Origin: TPA_inf: Saccharomyces
Lineage: Eukaryota
Assembly (NCBI GenBank): GCA_000146045.2
Contig: BK006944.2
Coordinates: forward strand, 512,001-576,000
Reading direction: 5' to 3'
DNA: 64,000 bases
The notes beneath the pieces are model-generated. The model searched no databases and had not been told where the DNA came from. It saw nothing but the letters and a program-made list of their open reading frames with translations. Of the stretch, positions 18,946-32,600 are shown piece by piece. How positions within the stretch are numbered: position 1 is the stretch's first letter; each line of letters opens with the position of its first letter. A program made the translations under genes and the position numbers.

Positions 18946-20202
18946 ATGGAAAACAAACTACTTTGTTGGTGGTTGTACTGGCCATGCGTGTATTCATCTA
19001 TTATAGCTACCATAATATCTTTTTACACCATAACTAGACACTTATTAAATTACCGTAAACCATATGAACAAAGACTATCCATACGGATACTATTGCTCGT
19101 GCCCATTTTTAGTGTGTCATGCGCAAGTGGCATAATTAAGCCTGAAGCAGCTCAATTTTATGTCGATCCTATCAGAGAATTTTATGAAGCATTCGTTATT
19201 TACACTTTTTTCACATTTTTAACACTACTACTAGGAGGCGAGAGGAACATCATTACTGTTTTAAGCTTAAATCACGCCCCCACAAGACATCCGATACCGC
19301 TAATAGGTAAAATTTGCAAACCGATAGACTTATCTGATCCTTTTGATTTTCTTTTTGTCAAAAAAGGCATATTACAGTATGTTTGGTTCAAACCATTTTA
19401 TTGTTTTGGTACATTGATATGCAGTGCATGGAAGCTACCCAAATTCGAAATATTTTTGAACGTTTTTTATAATATTTCAGTGACTTGGTCACTGTATAGT
19501 TTAGCACTATTTTGGAAGTGTCTCTATCCGGAATTAACTCCTTATAAACCATGGTTGAAATTTTTATGTGTCAAATTGATTATTTTTGCCTCTTATTGGC
19601 AGAGCATCATAATCCAGGGTCTAGTGGTTACTGGAAAGTTGGGTACGGGAAACCAAGATCGAACCTCTGGATATGTGTACAAGAATGGGCTCCTGTGTAT
19701 AGAGATGGTGCCTTTCGCCATCTTGCATGCAGTAGCTTTCCCTTGGAACAAATACACAGCATTTAGCATACCTTATGGGGCCAGGATGAAATTCATTTAC
19801 GCTTTGAAAGATTTTCTTGGTTGCGGTGATCTAATATGGGATTTTAAACAGACTTTGTTTGCTGGTCCCTTGTACTATAATTATAGGAACTTCGATCCTG
19901 AAGCCATGGATCTATTAAGCACTAGACAACAATCCGGTGCGACTATGGAAAGACTAAAGCATGGGCTAAGATTTACTGATAATGGAAGAAATAGTTATTG
20001 GGTGGCATATGGGAGTATAGATAACAACCTTGTTCCGGAATCAATAGAGGAATCATGGGAAGATGATATTGCTGGTCAGAGAACTTTTCCTGAGGATCCA
20101 AATTATCCGGTTGTTCACGACTACACGATGGGCCATCGATATAGTAGATCAATGAATGATTTAAGAAGAGATGTTCAAAGTAGGTCATCAATGGCTTGTT
20201 AA
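18946..20202 (+). CDS. YKR051W: TMEM184/DUF300-family multi-pass membrane protein, 418 aa
   Basis: ATG at 18946. The ORF reads MENKLLCWWLYWPCVYSSIIATIISFYTITRHLLNYRKPYEQRLSIRILLLVPIF... with seven predicted TM segments. Confidence 0.85.
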   Translation: MENKLLCWWLYWPCVYSSIIATIISFYTITRHLLNYRKPYEQRLSIRILLLVPIFSVSCASGIIKPEAAQFYVDPIREFYEAFVIYTFFTFLTLLLGGERNIITVLSLNHAPTRHPIPLIGKICKPIDLSDPFDFLFVKKGILQYVWFKPFYCFGTLICSAWKLPKFEIFLNVFYNISVTWSLYSLALFWKCLYPELTPYKPWLKFLCVKLIIFASYWQSIIIQGLVVTGKLGTGNQDRTSGYVYKNGLLCIEMVPFAILHAVAFPWNKYTAFSIPYGARMKFIYALKDFLGCGDLIWDFKQTLFAGPLYYNYRNFDPEAMDLLSTRQQSGATMERLKHGLRFTDNGRNSYWVAYGSIDNNLVPESIEESWEDDIAGQRTFPEDPNYPVVHDYTMGHRYSRSMNDLRRDVQSRSSMAC

Positions 20203-20549
20203 ATGAGTCGTTAAATGTACGTATATACATAGTTACTGCGCTTTCGGTTATATACAAAATAAAACAACATCTACAAGCAATGCTTTTTTTTCAATTATTG
20301 TAACTTGGATGCTTATTCTAATAAAATGAAATAAATGCTACTGTAATTTTTTGCCGGAGGATTGGCTATATATGCAGAGTGGGAGTTGGACGATATCACC
20401 ATTATTATTATTTTTCTATTATTACCATTGGACTTGTCTTTTGCAGCAACAAAAGTGGCAGCAGCAGCAACAGCACCACCACCAATGCATTTTGGCCTTG
20501 CCTTTTATAAGTTGTCAAAAAAAGTTGACCTCGAAAAGGGGAAAAAACA

Positions 20550-21464
20550 TCAATTTTTCATTAAAAAATGCTTAGCACATTCATATGCAGTCCAAGAAAT
20601 GGCAGTGGCTGGTATATTAGCCACTATCCTTGGTTTCAAACCTCGCCAAAACCCCTTCCAACCATGAACCTCCAGTATGGCTCTTGAGGCTCTACCAAAA
20701 GTGTTCGCATCCTTCATTATTTCGATGGAGACAGTTTCGCTGCCTCTAACCTGTAATACAGTCTTTATGCAATCCAACGGTGTAGTTAACGCAGCACATG
20801 TTGCACCACTTATCCCACCGCAAAGACAATGAATCAATGGATTGTAGGAATTTTGTGGGTTGAAGAATTTGCTGGCAGATTCATATATCATGAAATTGAA
20901 CGCTGCAAATGGGATATTCATGGCCAATGTTGTGGGATAGGAGTAGTAAAATGCTGCAAAGCCTTCATTTTGATATATTTGCTTAGTAACATTCCAAACT
21001 CTTAGATTAGTATCCAATTGTAGTCTTTGTTTAACGGTGTCAAAGGGGTTCATCAATGCATCCGCAGCAATGGTAGCAATGGTACCACTCAGTGCGGTCT
21101 TCATTGGTTGATGAGTTTGCATATCTTCAGGGCTTATCAGGCGAGCTTTGCAAAACTCGTATGTACCAAAATATACTGCATGCGCAGGCCCTGCCCCCAG
21201 TATTACCGATTGAACACCCTTCCATAAAGCCATCGAACCTTCCATTGTAGATATTTTGGATATCTGAGATATCATCCCTGTAGAGGCAGCTTTATTCAAT
21301 CCTGCAGCCTGCACTCGGGTTTTCAGAGCATCTATTGGAAACATCAAAGAATGCTCCATTATACCTGCAAATGCTCCTGCCAGTAACTGGGAATGTAGCG
21401 GAGCATGTGATGGAAGAGCTTCGTAGTCGATTTCCTCAGCTATTGACAGTTCTGAAGTATTCAT
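20550..21464 (-). CDS. MRS4: Mitochondrial carrier family iron transporter (mitoferrin), 304 aa
   Basis: ATG (cat at 21462-21464) gives MNTSELSIAEEIDYEALPSHAPLHSQLLAGAFAGIMEHSLMFPIDALKTRVQ..., with three mitochondrial-carrier repeats (PIDALKTR, PFDTVKQR, PLDCIKT). Confidence 0.93.
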   Translation of the reverse strand: MNTSELSIAEEIDYEALPSHAPLHSQLLAGAFAGIMEHSLMFPIDALKTRVQAAGLNKAASTGMISQISKISTMEGSMALWKGVQSVILGAGPAHAVYFGTYEFCKARLISPEDMQTHQPMKTALSGTIATIAADALMNPFDTVKQRLQLDTNLRVWNVTKQIYQNEGFAAFYYSYPTTLAMNIPFAAFNFMIYESASKFFNPQNSYNPLIHCLCGGISGATCAALTTPLDCIKTVLQVRGSETVSIEIMKDANTFGRASRAILEVHGWKGFWRGLKPRIVANIPATAISWTAYECAKHFLMKN

Positions 21465-22066
21465 AATATTAACTGATATTTCGGTTGAGTTTTTTACTTC
21501 TTCACTTTGTACTTCTCACGAAAGTCTTCGTCAATAAACCTCTGATAAAGTGAAAATTCTATGAGATTCCAATAAAACCTCCAAATATCTTTATATACAG
21601 CTTACTACTTAGATAAGATGACGTTCGCCAATGGTAGGCAAAAGATAGCAGGGTGTTCTTGCCTTTCAGTCTTCGCCATGCTCTCATTCAAGAAAGGGTG
21701 CCAAAATACCGAAAAGAGACACGATCGGGGGTGTCAAAGTAGCGATTCCTGTGGGTTAAAAGAGGGTGAACCACGGCAAACATGCATGTGTAAAACCCAA
21801 AACGCCGATCTAGGGCCTGCGACGCATGGTACGAACATCCTGAAGGTATATAAAAGAGCTAAAGTCTTGACTCATGCCTGAAATCTTGATTTTTCATTGT
21901 TATATCCTCTCTATACATTAGTAAGCACCATAGATGGGCTGGCTATCAAAAGCGAGAAAAAAAAAATGCTGAATTCCAAATATGTACTCATCGGGGTGAA
22001 TTTCAATGATGTGTTATGTAGATACAATATATATGTATAAGTCACTAAATGCATACATACGAGAGT

Positions 22067-23281
22067 CTACCTTAAGTTTGTCCAAGTGAAAAAAACTGGG
22101 CATAGCAAAAAGACGGTTGTAGGTATACCTGCGTATATGAGAAACCTTCCGACGATTTCCACTTTGGAAACACCGCTGTACAATAAACACTCTTCTTCTT
22201 CACTTGTCTCGTTATGGAAATGAACCTTTTCGCTTCTATCATCGTGAAATCTGAGTAGTTTAATTAACAGCGTGTAGACAGCTGTCTTGCTAATGACGTC
22301 TTTCCAAACAATCACAGAAGCGACACCTACCAGAGGCCTCAAGAACACCTTAGAACCACATGATGCGTACCTACTACATACAAGGTTCCATCCGTATCTT
22401 TCGGTTAACCAGTCGCTGCAATCCAGCCCACTGACTACGCCAATGAACGCTACGCTATCTTCGAAACAAGGACATTCATCAATGGGCCTGACGTGGTTAA
22501 ACAGAATAAACAAGCCCCATGCTACACTCAAAAGGGGAAACCAGAGATGTTCACCAATCTGGAAATTTCGTAAAGCATGCACCACCCAGATTCTTATAAA
22601 AAAACAGATAGCTCCAACTGCGGCGCCGCTAAATAAATCCAGCATACCATGCATACCGCAGTAAACTCTACCAAAAACCAGGGTTAAGTAGTAAAATATC
22701 ACCAGACTCAGTAAAAGAAGCTTTGTTGGCCATACCAGTGTGTCAGATAAACATATTCTCCAAAAGAATAATAGACTTACCGCAGTAGCGTTAGCAGAAT
22801 GTGAACTGGGTGCACCATATTCTTTCGTAGTGTATTCACTTAGTGTGATTCTGTCAACTGGCGGTGATTTTGGCCTTGGTAGGCACCAATAATCCTTTAA
22901 GTAGCCACTCAAATAAATTGAATAACCAAGAACGTAGATCATGTCCCGTGTTAAATCGCGGTATCCAAGCCACACAGGCATGGGAAGCACGATAACATAA
23001 AACATGTGGGAACCCATAAGCGAAGTGTATTTGAAATAAACGTCTCTAAAAGGCGTTCTGTGCTTTTTTTGTAAAGAATGTACGAAATCTGATTGGTTGT
23101 CTGTGAATCTAGTTAGATACTGCCTTGTTTGAAACCTTAGCCACGACATCTGGCTCTCAAAATGCTCCGCTGGATGATTACCGGGATCTGCCAATAGGTG
23201 TTTGCCGCCGGAAGGAGCCATCTGAACCTTAATGGTGTCCTCGGTAACACCCAATTCAGTAACCGTCTGAATAATGGTCAT
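22067..23281 (-). CDS. YSR3: Dihydrosphingosine-1-phosphate phosphatase (PAP2 lipid phosphatase family), 404 aa
   Basis: ATG (cat at 23279-23281) gives MTIIQTVTELGVTEDTIKVQMAPSGGKHLLADPGNHPAEHFES... with PAP2 motifs (KDYWCLPRP, PSSHSANA). Confidence 0.9.
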   Translation of the reverse strand: MTIIQTVTELGVTEDTIKVQMAPSGGKHLLADPGNHPAEHFESQMSWLRFQTRQYLTRFTDNQSDFVHSLQKKHRTPFRDVYFKYTSLMGSHMFYVIVLPMPVWLGYRDLTRDMIYVLGYSIYLSGYLKDYWCLPRPKSPPVDRITLSEYTTKEYGAPSSHSANATAVSLLFFWRICLSDTLVWPTKLLLLSLVIFYYLTLVFGRVYCGMHGMLDLFSGAAVGAICFFIRIWVVHALRNFQIGEHLWFPLLSVAWGLFILFNHVRPIDECPCFEDSVAFIGVVSGLDCSDWLTERYGWNLVCSRYASCGSKVFLRPLVGVASVIVWKDVISKTAVYTLLIKLLRFHDDRSEKVHFHNETSEEEECLLYSGVSKVEIVGRFLIYAGIPTTVFLLCPVFFTWTNLR

Positions 23282-23646
23282 AATTAAATTCTTTTACAGG
23301 CTTGCTATTTTGTATATTTTTTTGAAGACTACCACTGCCTAACTTCTTTTTGTCATGTTATCAATTCAACTAGATGTTGAGAAGGAAGCCAAGGCAAGGC
23401 TGATAAAAACTAAGAAAATAAGGAAAAATCATTATGTTATATAACATGAATTCTAGACGTACGTGCTCGTAGTTAGGAAGTATCTAAATAAGAGTCCCCA
23501 CGTTACTTTAATTAGAAGCACGCCATCTTCCTACAACCGATTTTTTTGGATTGTAGATATCAGAGTCTCATCAAACAAGAGGAACCCAGAATAGGCACGT
23601 CCACTGAGAAAACCGCGGACAAGCAAGACACGCGTACCTGAAAAGG

Positions 23647-26600
23647 CTACATTTCTTGAAGAAGTTGTTCAGTTGAGCTAGCCACCTCTTTAGCCTGAAG
23701 ACGTTCGTAATTCAAAATAGATTCCCTTGGCAATTGAAGCCATGAACTGAGTGAATCTGCAGGCTCAATCGTATTAGACAGTATGGCAGTAAGCCTTGCC
23801 CGTTCCTCTTCTTCACTTTGTTGAAGAAGAGGCTGTGGGATTCGTACCCCAGGAACGATCTGCAAATTGTCCGAGCCGCAGAATACGTGCGCACAAAGTT
23901 TAGCGACCACTTCAAGGTCTTTCTCTTCATCGATCTTTCCTCCGTATACGATCGTAGCTATGTGATCTCGCACTTGTGCCCAAGGAATGTTGTTGGTAGA
24001 ATTGGTGGCTAATACATTCTCTAAATACACTGAGGCAAATTGAAAGTCGCAATCATTAAAGTAATACTTCTTGGAAAACCCATGAGGAACCAATCGGGTC
24101 CTGGCAGTGATCAAGGCATGAAACCATGACAATAGGAAGGTACAATACACGCTCCATACTCCTGAAATTTTACCAGTGAAAAATTGAGAACCCCATAGAT
24201 CTTTGACGGTATCTAGTATACCTGGGATATCCTCATACACAAATCTATCAGTTCTTTGTAGCAATGGGGCAGGTAGTTTATCACCAGTCAAATGGCATGT
24301 CATGAACATTTTGAATTTCTCATGTTCTTCTGCCGCCTTTGTCTCCTCAACATGCTTGTGCAGATACGTTTTCACCCATGATAGCGACATTTGTATGTTT
24401 TGTAATAATATCCAACCACCTTCTATCTTAGATTTTGATATTTCCTCTTGAGCATAGTTTAGATTTTCTATAGACCCTAGCGGGATGATTTTTAACGATT
24501 CCTTCGAGGCTTTCGCCAATTCGATTAATTTGAATGTGCCATCAACATCTCGCTCGCTTGCCATTGTAAAATAGTTGTTCTCGGAATTGGCTACCACATC
24601 CGCGATATTCCACTCATCAACAAAAAACTCATTTTTGAACCAGTTCAACGCAGATATATACGATTTGGTTGTAACATAGTCCCATAAGTACCGCAAATCA
24701 TTATTTGTATCTACGGTTAGTTTTGGTACGCCATCGCTACTTTCAGAGAGAACTCCAATCATAGTTAGAACTGCCTCTTTATATTGTTCACTTTCAATGT
24801 CGAATTTATACAAACAAAACATCGTCATAGCCATAATCATTTTAAATTTTTTGTCAAGAGCGGTGGAGAATTGACAATATACTTCTTGATATAATAGCCA
24901 AAGAATTTCATCTACCCGTGTCCTAGCTGCTCTTGTTTCCCTAGATTTCTTAATGAAGACACGTTTGAAACATGATAGAAATTGTCCTATAGAAATGCCG
25001 TAAAACCAATGAAACTGACCAAACTTCTCCAACATAGAGAATATTTTGACACTATGCTTACCGATAATAGAATACTCTTCTACCAGATTATCAAACTGTG
25101 GGAAAAACTCTTCAGATTCACTTAGCTTTTTTTCAATGTTCATGGCCTCTTTCTTCAGGTTGTTCAAAGTCACCATCAGTTCATCATTTTCCAACATATT
25201 CCCCTGTGAGTTATTTAGTTCCTCCAAAAGTCGCTTTTCTAGATTCTTCAGTTTCAACTTGTATTCGGTATTCAATTTTATCAAATCTTCCCTTTTCCTT
25301 TGCATTTCTGCATTCTCTTCTGTCAAAGTGATGTCAAAAATTCGTGTCTCAATACTTTCCTTATTCGTGACAAAATGAACTAACCTTACCCTAGATCTGA
25401 GGAATATTGGAATATCTCCACTGGGATCGCAAGAGTGAATGAATAATTTAAAATCGCCTGAAACATCTACTTCATGATCACCAATCTCCACCGTGACTCT
25501 GTTTCCGGCATGATTGAACTCTCTGGAGATTAGTCTTGATATAATTGGATCAAAGAATTCTCCATCCTGAATTATAACTACACTTCCGAATCTAATTGCA
25601 TTTTCTAATCTTTTAACAAAACCTTCTTCAAGAAAACTGAGAAGTACAGTTTTATTACCATAATAATTCGAGATAACTGTTATCATGTGGGAGCTTGGAT
25701 CCAAAAGAAAAGGAACAGCGTCTTGTGAATTCATGACTATGCTCATATTTTCCAAAAAGTAATCGTTCTTATCCAAGCCACATTCAAGCCACTTCATTTT
25801 TTCATCTAGTGTTACCAAATAATCGATGAAACGATAATTTACATCATATTTAACAGCAAATTTGCCTAGTAGGCGCTTTAAAATGACTAACATGTCAGCT
25901 CTTTCCCTTTCATTCAAATGACCAAAGTATGTTTCATATATGGATGAAATTATGCAATTTCCAATCAGCTCTTGGCTCGTCTTACTAAATTGCTTTGTAG
26001 TGTTCAGCCACCTTTCTTTTTCGAAGGTTAAACTCTTAACTAAAGATATAGACCTATCAAGATTAGCCTGCACGTTACTCATTTCTGTCTTGATGGCCTC
26101 AACATCCCTAATCAACAAACTATATTTTCGCTTTGAAACTTCAATACTTGCTTCTAAATCCTGTGTCATTTCTTCAGCGGCAAGTAAATTGGCCTTCGTC
26201 TTCAATGATTCGAACTCTATTCTTTTCATTTCTTGTCTCAGCGGATCTACGTTTTCTAAAACTTTACTGAAGTTTATTTGGGCATTGACCCACTGATATA
26301 GCGGCCCACACGCTTTGCTGGCCCTGTTAATTGTCTCATAAGTAAAATTAGGATCTGACAAAAATTCTTCCTCCATATATTTTCGAATTTGGGGCTTCAT
26401 ATGTAAGGTGGTATCATAATGTACTATATTATGAATAAAGTCATCTTTTCTAATAAATTGTTGGATATCTCTCCAGTTGGAAAATTGGTAGCCCAAGATG
26501 GCGCAAACAGCCTCCATAACAATTTTCACACCAGAGGGGGGGTTGACCATTGATCTGATTTCTGTCAACTGTTGCTTTTTTATGTTCTTTACACCCCGTT

Positions 26601-29600
26601 GTGCCTCTAAAATGGTAGGTTCGATATCTTGAATACTTTTCATGACGACCTCCTTTCTTTTTCTTATATCTTCTTCTTGTACTTTCAATATCTTTTTGAT
26701 TTCCTCTGTAGCCTCCTGCTTTCTTTCCGACTCGTTTTGCTCCATAAGCATTTTATCCAATGTACTCCGGGCTTCCTTTTCTTTCTCAGTAAGTTCCGTA
26801 CTCTTCTTTGACAAAGTTTTGTTTAGTTCGTTAACCTTCAAGACAGACTCGTTTAGTTTTTCGAGACCTACATTAACAAATCTTTGATTTTCCTGTAAAT
26901 CTTGATATTTCGCCGTAACAAGCTTCACTAAGGCACGTAAACCATCAATAAAATACCCAGGTGACCTTGGATTTACCCCAACCTTCATTTTTTGGTAAAA
27001 ATTTCTATCAAAATGTATCAGAATATTAACCACAGCATCTCTTATAGTTTGGATTGGCTCCGTAAATACCAACTCTTTATTGACCTCTGGAACTATAAAA
27101 TCGGTAAATTCCATAGGGATCACGTCCACCATATTGTTGGCCACTTGGGACATTGTTTTCGTATCCCAATCACCCATCCAATTAATTATGCAACGATTGA
27201 AAAGGGCTGGAGAACTTATCATTGCTGAGGACTTATTGTTTGTAGGATCGCAGATCGTGAAGACAACATGAAGGTTTTTGGCAATTTCTCCAACAAACCA
27301 GTCATACAGTTCTTGTTCTGTATCCAATAAAAGACCTAAAGACCTGGTTTTATTTCGCAAGTTATTCAAGAGCTTATCATACTCCTCTCCTTGAAACAAA
27401 TCTGGTATATCAGCGTTGGCAAGTAATGTATTCATTCTCTCCAAAAAAGCCGTCTCTAAAATGTTGGATTCATCAATGATTAAACAAGTACGAGATTCTT
27501 TAAGTGAACAGTCTGAAATAGCTTTTTTCAAAATCATATCAAAGTCGCTAAGATTGGAATGACGGTGGATCTTGGGTTGAACAATCTTCAAACCGTTCAA
27601 CCACGCGACAAACCTAGTTAAAATAGTTTTACCTGTTCTGCTTGCACCAATTAGCATCATGTGACCTTGAACTTGTTTTAACGCACGATCAATACGCAAA
27701 ATATGGTCAACCATAGACTCGTGTATAACCATTGGCACTTCCAGCTCCTCATCACAGAATGTTTTAAATCTTTCCTCTATAAAGTTTACAAGATCTGTTT
27801 TGTTGACCTCTTTGAAATCAAGGCTCAACAAGCCCGAAAAGAGAAGTGAAGTTGAGCTTATATTACCCAAATCCTGATTAGGTAAATATTTATCGACTGT
27901 CTCATAAAGAAGTTGTTCAAAACTGTTTTTTTCTTTTACACCAACCAGCCTATCTGCAAATATTCTCCAAGCTTCGTAAGCCCATAACCGTATTAGTGAT
28001 CTTAGTGTTTGCCTTGGACCAGTGTTAATTGCAGTGTAGACACCCCTAACCAAACGTGTTAATTCTCTTGGTGAAAAAAGATAGTGTGATTGAAGCCCAG
28101 TACTGTATCTTGCTTTACATTCGTTATATAAATGAACGGAAGCGCGGGCGAAGGGCTCTGTGTATGATCTGAACTCAGGGACTAGCTTGAAAATGGCTTT
28201 GTAATAAATTTCATAAATTTGAGAAAGAGATTTTCCGCTGGGATAACCTAGGTAAAGAATAGCAGCATGTCGTGTAAATCTTTCTGACATAGGAATTCTA
28301 CCTGGGTCGGTTGGAGGATTGCAGGCACCAACAATATGTATCCTCTCTATTGTCACCCACTTATTTTCTGGCGTTTTCCAAAATCCTTGCTTTTCCATCA
28401 ACTGCCTTAAGAATAAGACGACATTTTGAGAACCATACTTGTCGAGTTTTGGTAAATTAATCTCGTCACAAAATAATACCAAATTTTTTATATCCGATTT
28501 TGGTAACAAAGTAAGGCCTTTTGATGTAGTTACGTAGTTTGTATGCCTATGCAAGGCTGACAAAATATGTTCTGTGGTCGTGTCTTTCGAAAAATTTATT
28601 CCAACAACATCATAGAGCGAAGAGTTCCGGAGTGCATTATTCATAATCATTGTTTTACCAGATCCAGGTGGCCCACAAAGGATAATACCCCTTTTTGAAT
28701 TGAGCAAGTCATAAAAAATTTTCTCATGCTTAATCGTATCAATTGTAGGAATAACAATGTCAGGCCTCATGACCTCATGTGCTTCTAAAGAAACAGAGGG
28801 AATTTCGGAACAAAAGGAACTAAAACTCAACTTATCGTTCGCAATAACTATGGTAGAATAATCTGATAGTTCTTGGCTGTCATGTCCAAAATAAGTGTTT
28901 ATAGTTTGTATAAAAGCTCTTTGTGATTCACCAGTTGAATCACCAGCTAGTGCATATAGTAGGGATCTCTTAATCAATAAAGTAATCACATCTTTCAAAC
29001 TTTTATCGTCCAAGTTTTGAAACCACTGCCTATAACTCGATATTAAATGAACAGCCAACTGCACCGCGGTTTCTAACTTATTAAAGGTTCGAACCCCGAG
29101 AATGTGAACTAAATCATTTGAACACGTAAAAATATTGGTTAAAGAGGCCATATCAAAAGAATCAGATATAAGGTCCTTCAACTTATCTAATTCAAACATG
29201 GATAGTTTATTATCAAGCGCTTCATAACTTTTATTCAGTAGGTGGTCAATCTTGGAGGATATTGAACACACATCCGTAGAAAACCACAGCAAACCACATC
29301 TTGTTATAGTAGCAGGTGTAGTATGGTCAAGGTTATCCGTTTCAAATAAAATGCGAAAGTTCGGCGGAATAGGAAGTCTTTCACCGTTTGGAAGCGTTAA
29401 AATTTTATTATCATCAAGAACAGAATTCATGGCTTCCACATATTCTGGGTCTAAATCACTATCAAATACTACCCAAATTCTCGAATTCTTAAAAGTTCCT
29501 GTGATATCATCGTTAACCCTTCTTAGAATCGAAGTAAAAAGCCCATCTCTCCACTCTAGCGTTGCTTTAAGCATACTTCCATACAAGGATTCTTTTGTAA

Positions 29601-32600
29601 GAACTTTTGTATCAATAACATAGACGACGTTAGCGTGACCATCAAAAATGGCCATGGCATCAATAACAGTTTTCCACGTTGCCGTTTTACCACAGCCTGC
29701 CTTACCTACCAGTATCAAAGCCTGTTGTGTTTTTTGCATGTAATAAAACTGCATACATTTCTTGAGAAATTCCTCAGACATTGAAAAGCCACTCCTTTGA
29801 CCAGCGTCCTTTAAACATTGAACAATAGCCTTCGAATTTAGCGGCGTTCCAGCAGAATCAAATATTTTCGATAATTCGTCTTTGAATACCAATTCATCGG
29901 TGTCACCGAGCGATGGTAAAATCACTCTTTTCAAACTTTCGACTACCGTTTTTTCCCCTTCACCAAATTCACTAATCAAAGGGCTGCAATTTCTTAATAC
30001 ACCTTTTAGCGTTCTCAAACCAAAATGATAATGGTTCATTGAACTGCATTTTGAAGACAACAGTTCTAAAAAATGAACAATTTTCGAAGCTAAAGACTTA
30101 GAATCTTCGAACCCCATAATTTGTAATATCATCTCTGCAATAGTACCACTTTGCGGAGATTTCATAGAGAATTCTCGAAAACTCTTCTTCAAATTTTCCG
30201 GTAACTCTGACCTTCCATTATACCCAGGATTCAAAGTAATAAACACTGCAGTGTGAGGGCTCAATGGAGTTTCTTCTTCTAAAAGTGTAATATGGGACTT
30301 ACCAACCTGGAGGCCATTTTGTATTTGTTGGATATTGGCAGACACCGCACTCAAAACTTTCTCATCGAGCCTATTGAATTCATCGAAGCATCCCCATGCG
30401 CCAATCTGTGTGATACCTACTAGAAGCCTGGAAAGAACCTGATAATCGAAGGAATCATCACAATTAAAAACTACAACCACGCGACCGAGATTTTGACCAA
30501 ATGCTTTCACAGTTTCTGTTTTACCTGTGCCCGCAGGACCGAAGAAGCACCCACCATATTTTTGATGCAGAGAATCTGTGAGTGTCGCAAACCCAATAAG
30601 AAGCAACGGTGTATATATTAATCTTTCTGGGATGCCAATATACTCAAATTTATATTGCAAGAGGTAGCCACTCTGAGAAATAAAAACGGAGTTGAGATCA
30701 TCTAAAGTGTCATTCTTTTGATAAAACTTTTGAACTTTCGCCCATAGTAGTCGAGCTTCTTCCTTAGTGGAACAATTTTTAAGCTGTCCAATAACGTTAT
30801 TAAAATGCAAATACTCAACCAGTAGGGCCTCTATTTTTTTCTTCACGTTATCGGAAGATTTATTCAACTTATCCAGCAGTCCCTTAATCTTCATATCAAC
30901 TTCTTTCCAGTACTTTGAAAATTGATTAGTTTGAAGGCATTTTTCAACGAGCTCCGTCCACATAACTTGAGCTGAGAGAAGAATGGCTTGAAAGATATAT
31001 TTAGATACAACTACTTCAATGTCCGTTCCATCTTTCAGTTGGCCCAAACAGTCTCTAAATTGAGTGAAGACGCTTAGCTTAATTTCTGTGTCTAAAATGT
31101 TTAACCACTCTTGAGCTTGAATCGAGTCCTTCAGCTCGATTTTTTCATTCAAATTTAGGACTTCACCTTCCACTGACCGCACACCGGTTATGAAATCTTC
31201 GAGGAATATTATAGACTCAATGCTTCCGAACATTTTCTTCATAAACTTTGAAACTTGGTCGTGGTGTTTTCCAGATCCTATGATTTTTAAAAGATCATCG
31301 TTGCCTAAAAAGTAAAACCTTGGGAATTGTCTTCTTTGTCTCTCTAAAAATGTCGATAGTGACGATTTTATCATCTTTAAAGAATCTATCGTTAACTTCA
31401 GAGTTGTGTCGAAATTTGGAATATGTATTACTTCGATTGTTGTGTCGAGTTGAAACGCTCTTGTGGTTATCATTTTATACTCACTGGTTAAGCTTTTAAA
31501 TTTCGAAGTTTCGAGCGGTAAGAAGTTTTGAATGTCCAAGTTTTCACCAAGGATTCCATACAAGTCCAACCAGTAAAACTGTACTTCAACCCAATTTACC
31601 TGAATTTCAGATAATTTTGTCAGTTTAGATTCCAAATCCAAACAGTCTTGTTCAAAAATCTTGTAATAATTCGAAGCTTTCATAGAAACTAGCTCCTCTA
31701 GATCCTCTTTACAGGCTTGCTCCAGTACATCCCATTCCCTCACAAGCTTGAGTCCACTGGAGTGCTCTATGACTTCATATTGAGCTTCCTTCCAAAATTT
31801 TTTGATTCTGTTCAGAGACTTTTCTATAACAAATTCCTTTTGGGCTCTTTCTATAATCTTTGTAAGTAGTATTTCATTTAAAGTTAAATTGAGGACCATG
31901 ACATCTTTAAGAGAAAACTCCAATTTATCCAGTAGATTTTTTTGTATCTGTCTTTTACCAATATCGCGGAATATCATGTTCCAATGTCGTGGCTTTAAAG
32001 CACCATCCTTTAACTCCACCAAGATTTTATTTACAGAGGTAAGCATGTTAACCTGTGAAAATAGCGATTTATACATCTCAAATTGTTTGACAGCTCTCGG
32101 CAGTTCATCCGCCCTCCGAAGAAAGTTTGCCAAATCCGATTGAAGTAGCAATACATCTACTCTACACCACGGCGTTTCGAAAGTTCTTTGAACATCTTCC
32201 CAAAGGTTTTTAATGCTCCTCCAAACTAGGTCATACGTTTTGACCTCTTCAACCACGTGTGTTAGCTGGTCATTCAAAACAACGGGGATCAGTAACATTT
32301 TTGCAGCGGCTGCGACAGAGTGCATCTTTTTCTTCAATTTAGTAATTGATTCATTGAAAAACTCTAGGATTTTAAGTGCTTCAGGTGGAGTTAATGTTGG
32401 AGATATTGGTTTTCTGACTGACCAACTTTCGTTCAAAGATTGTGAGAGATTATTGATATTTTCAACGCCTTCTTCTAGACTTTTTGCTATAACAACGCGA
32501 TGTTTTTGCAACTCTTGTTCAACATAGCTCAAACTTTGCCTCAACGAACTAAAATCGTTATCGAGCTGGTCTATATAGACAAAATGCGATGGAAACCTCA

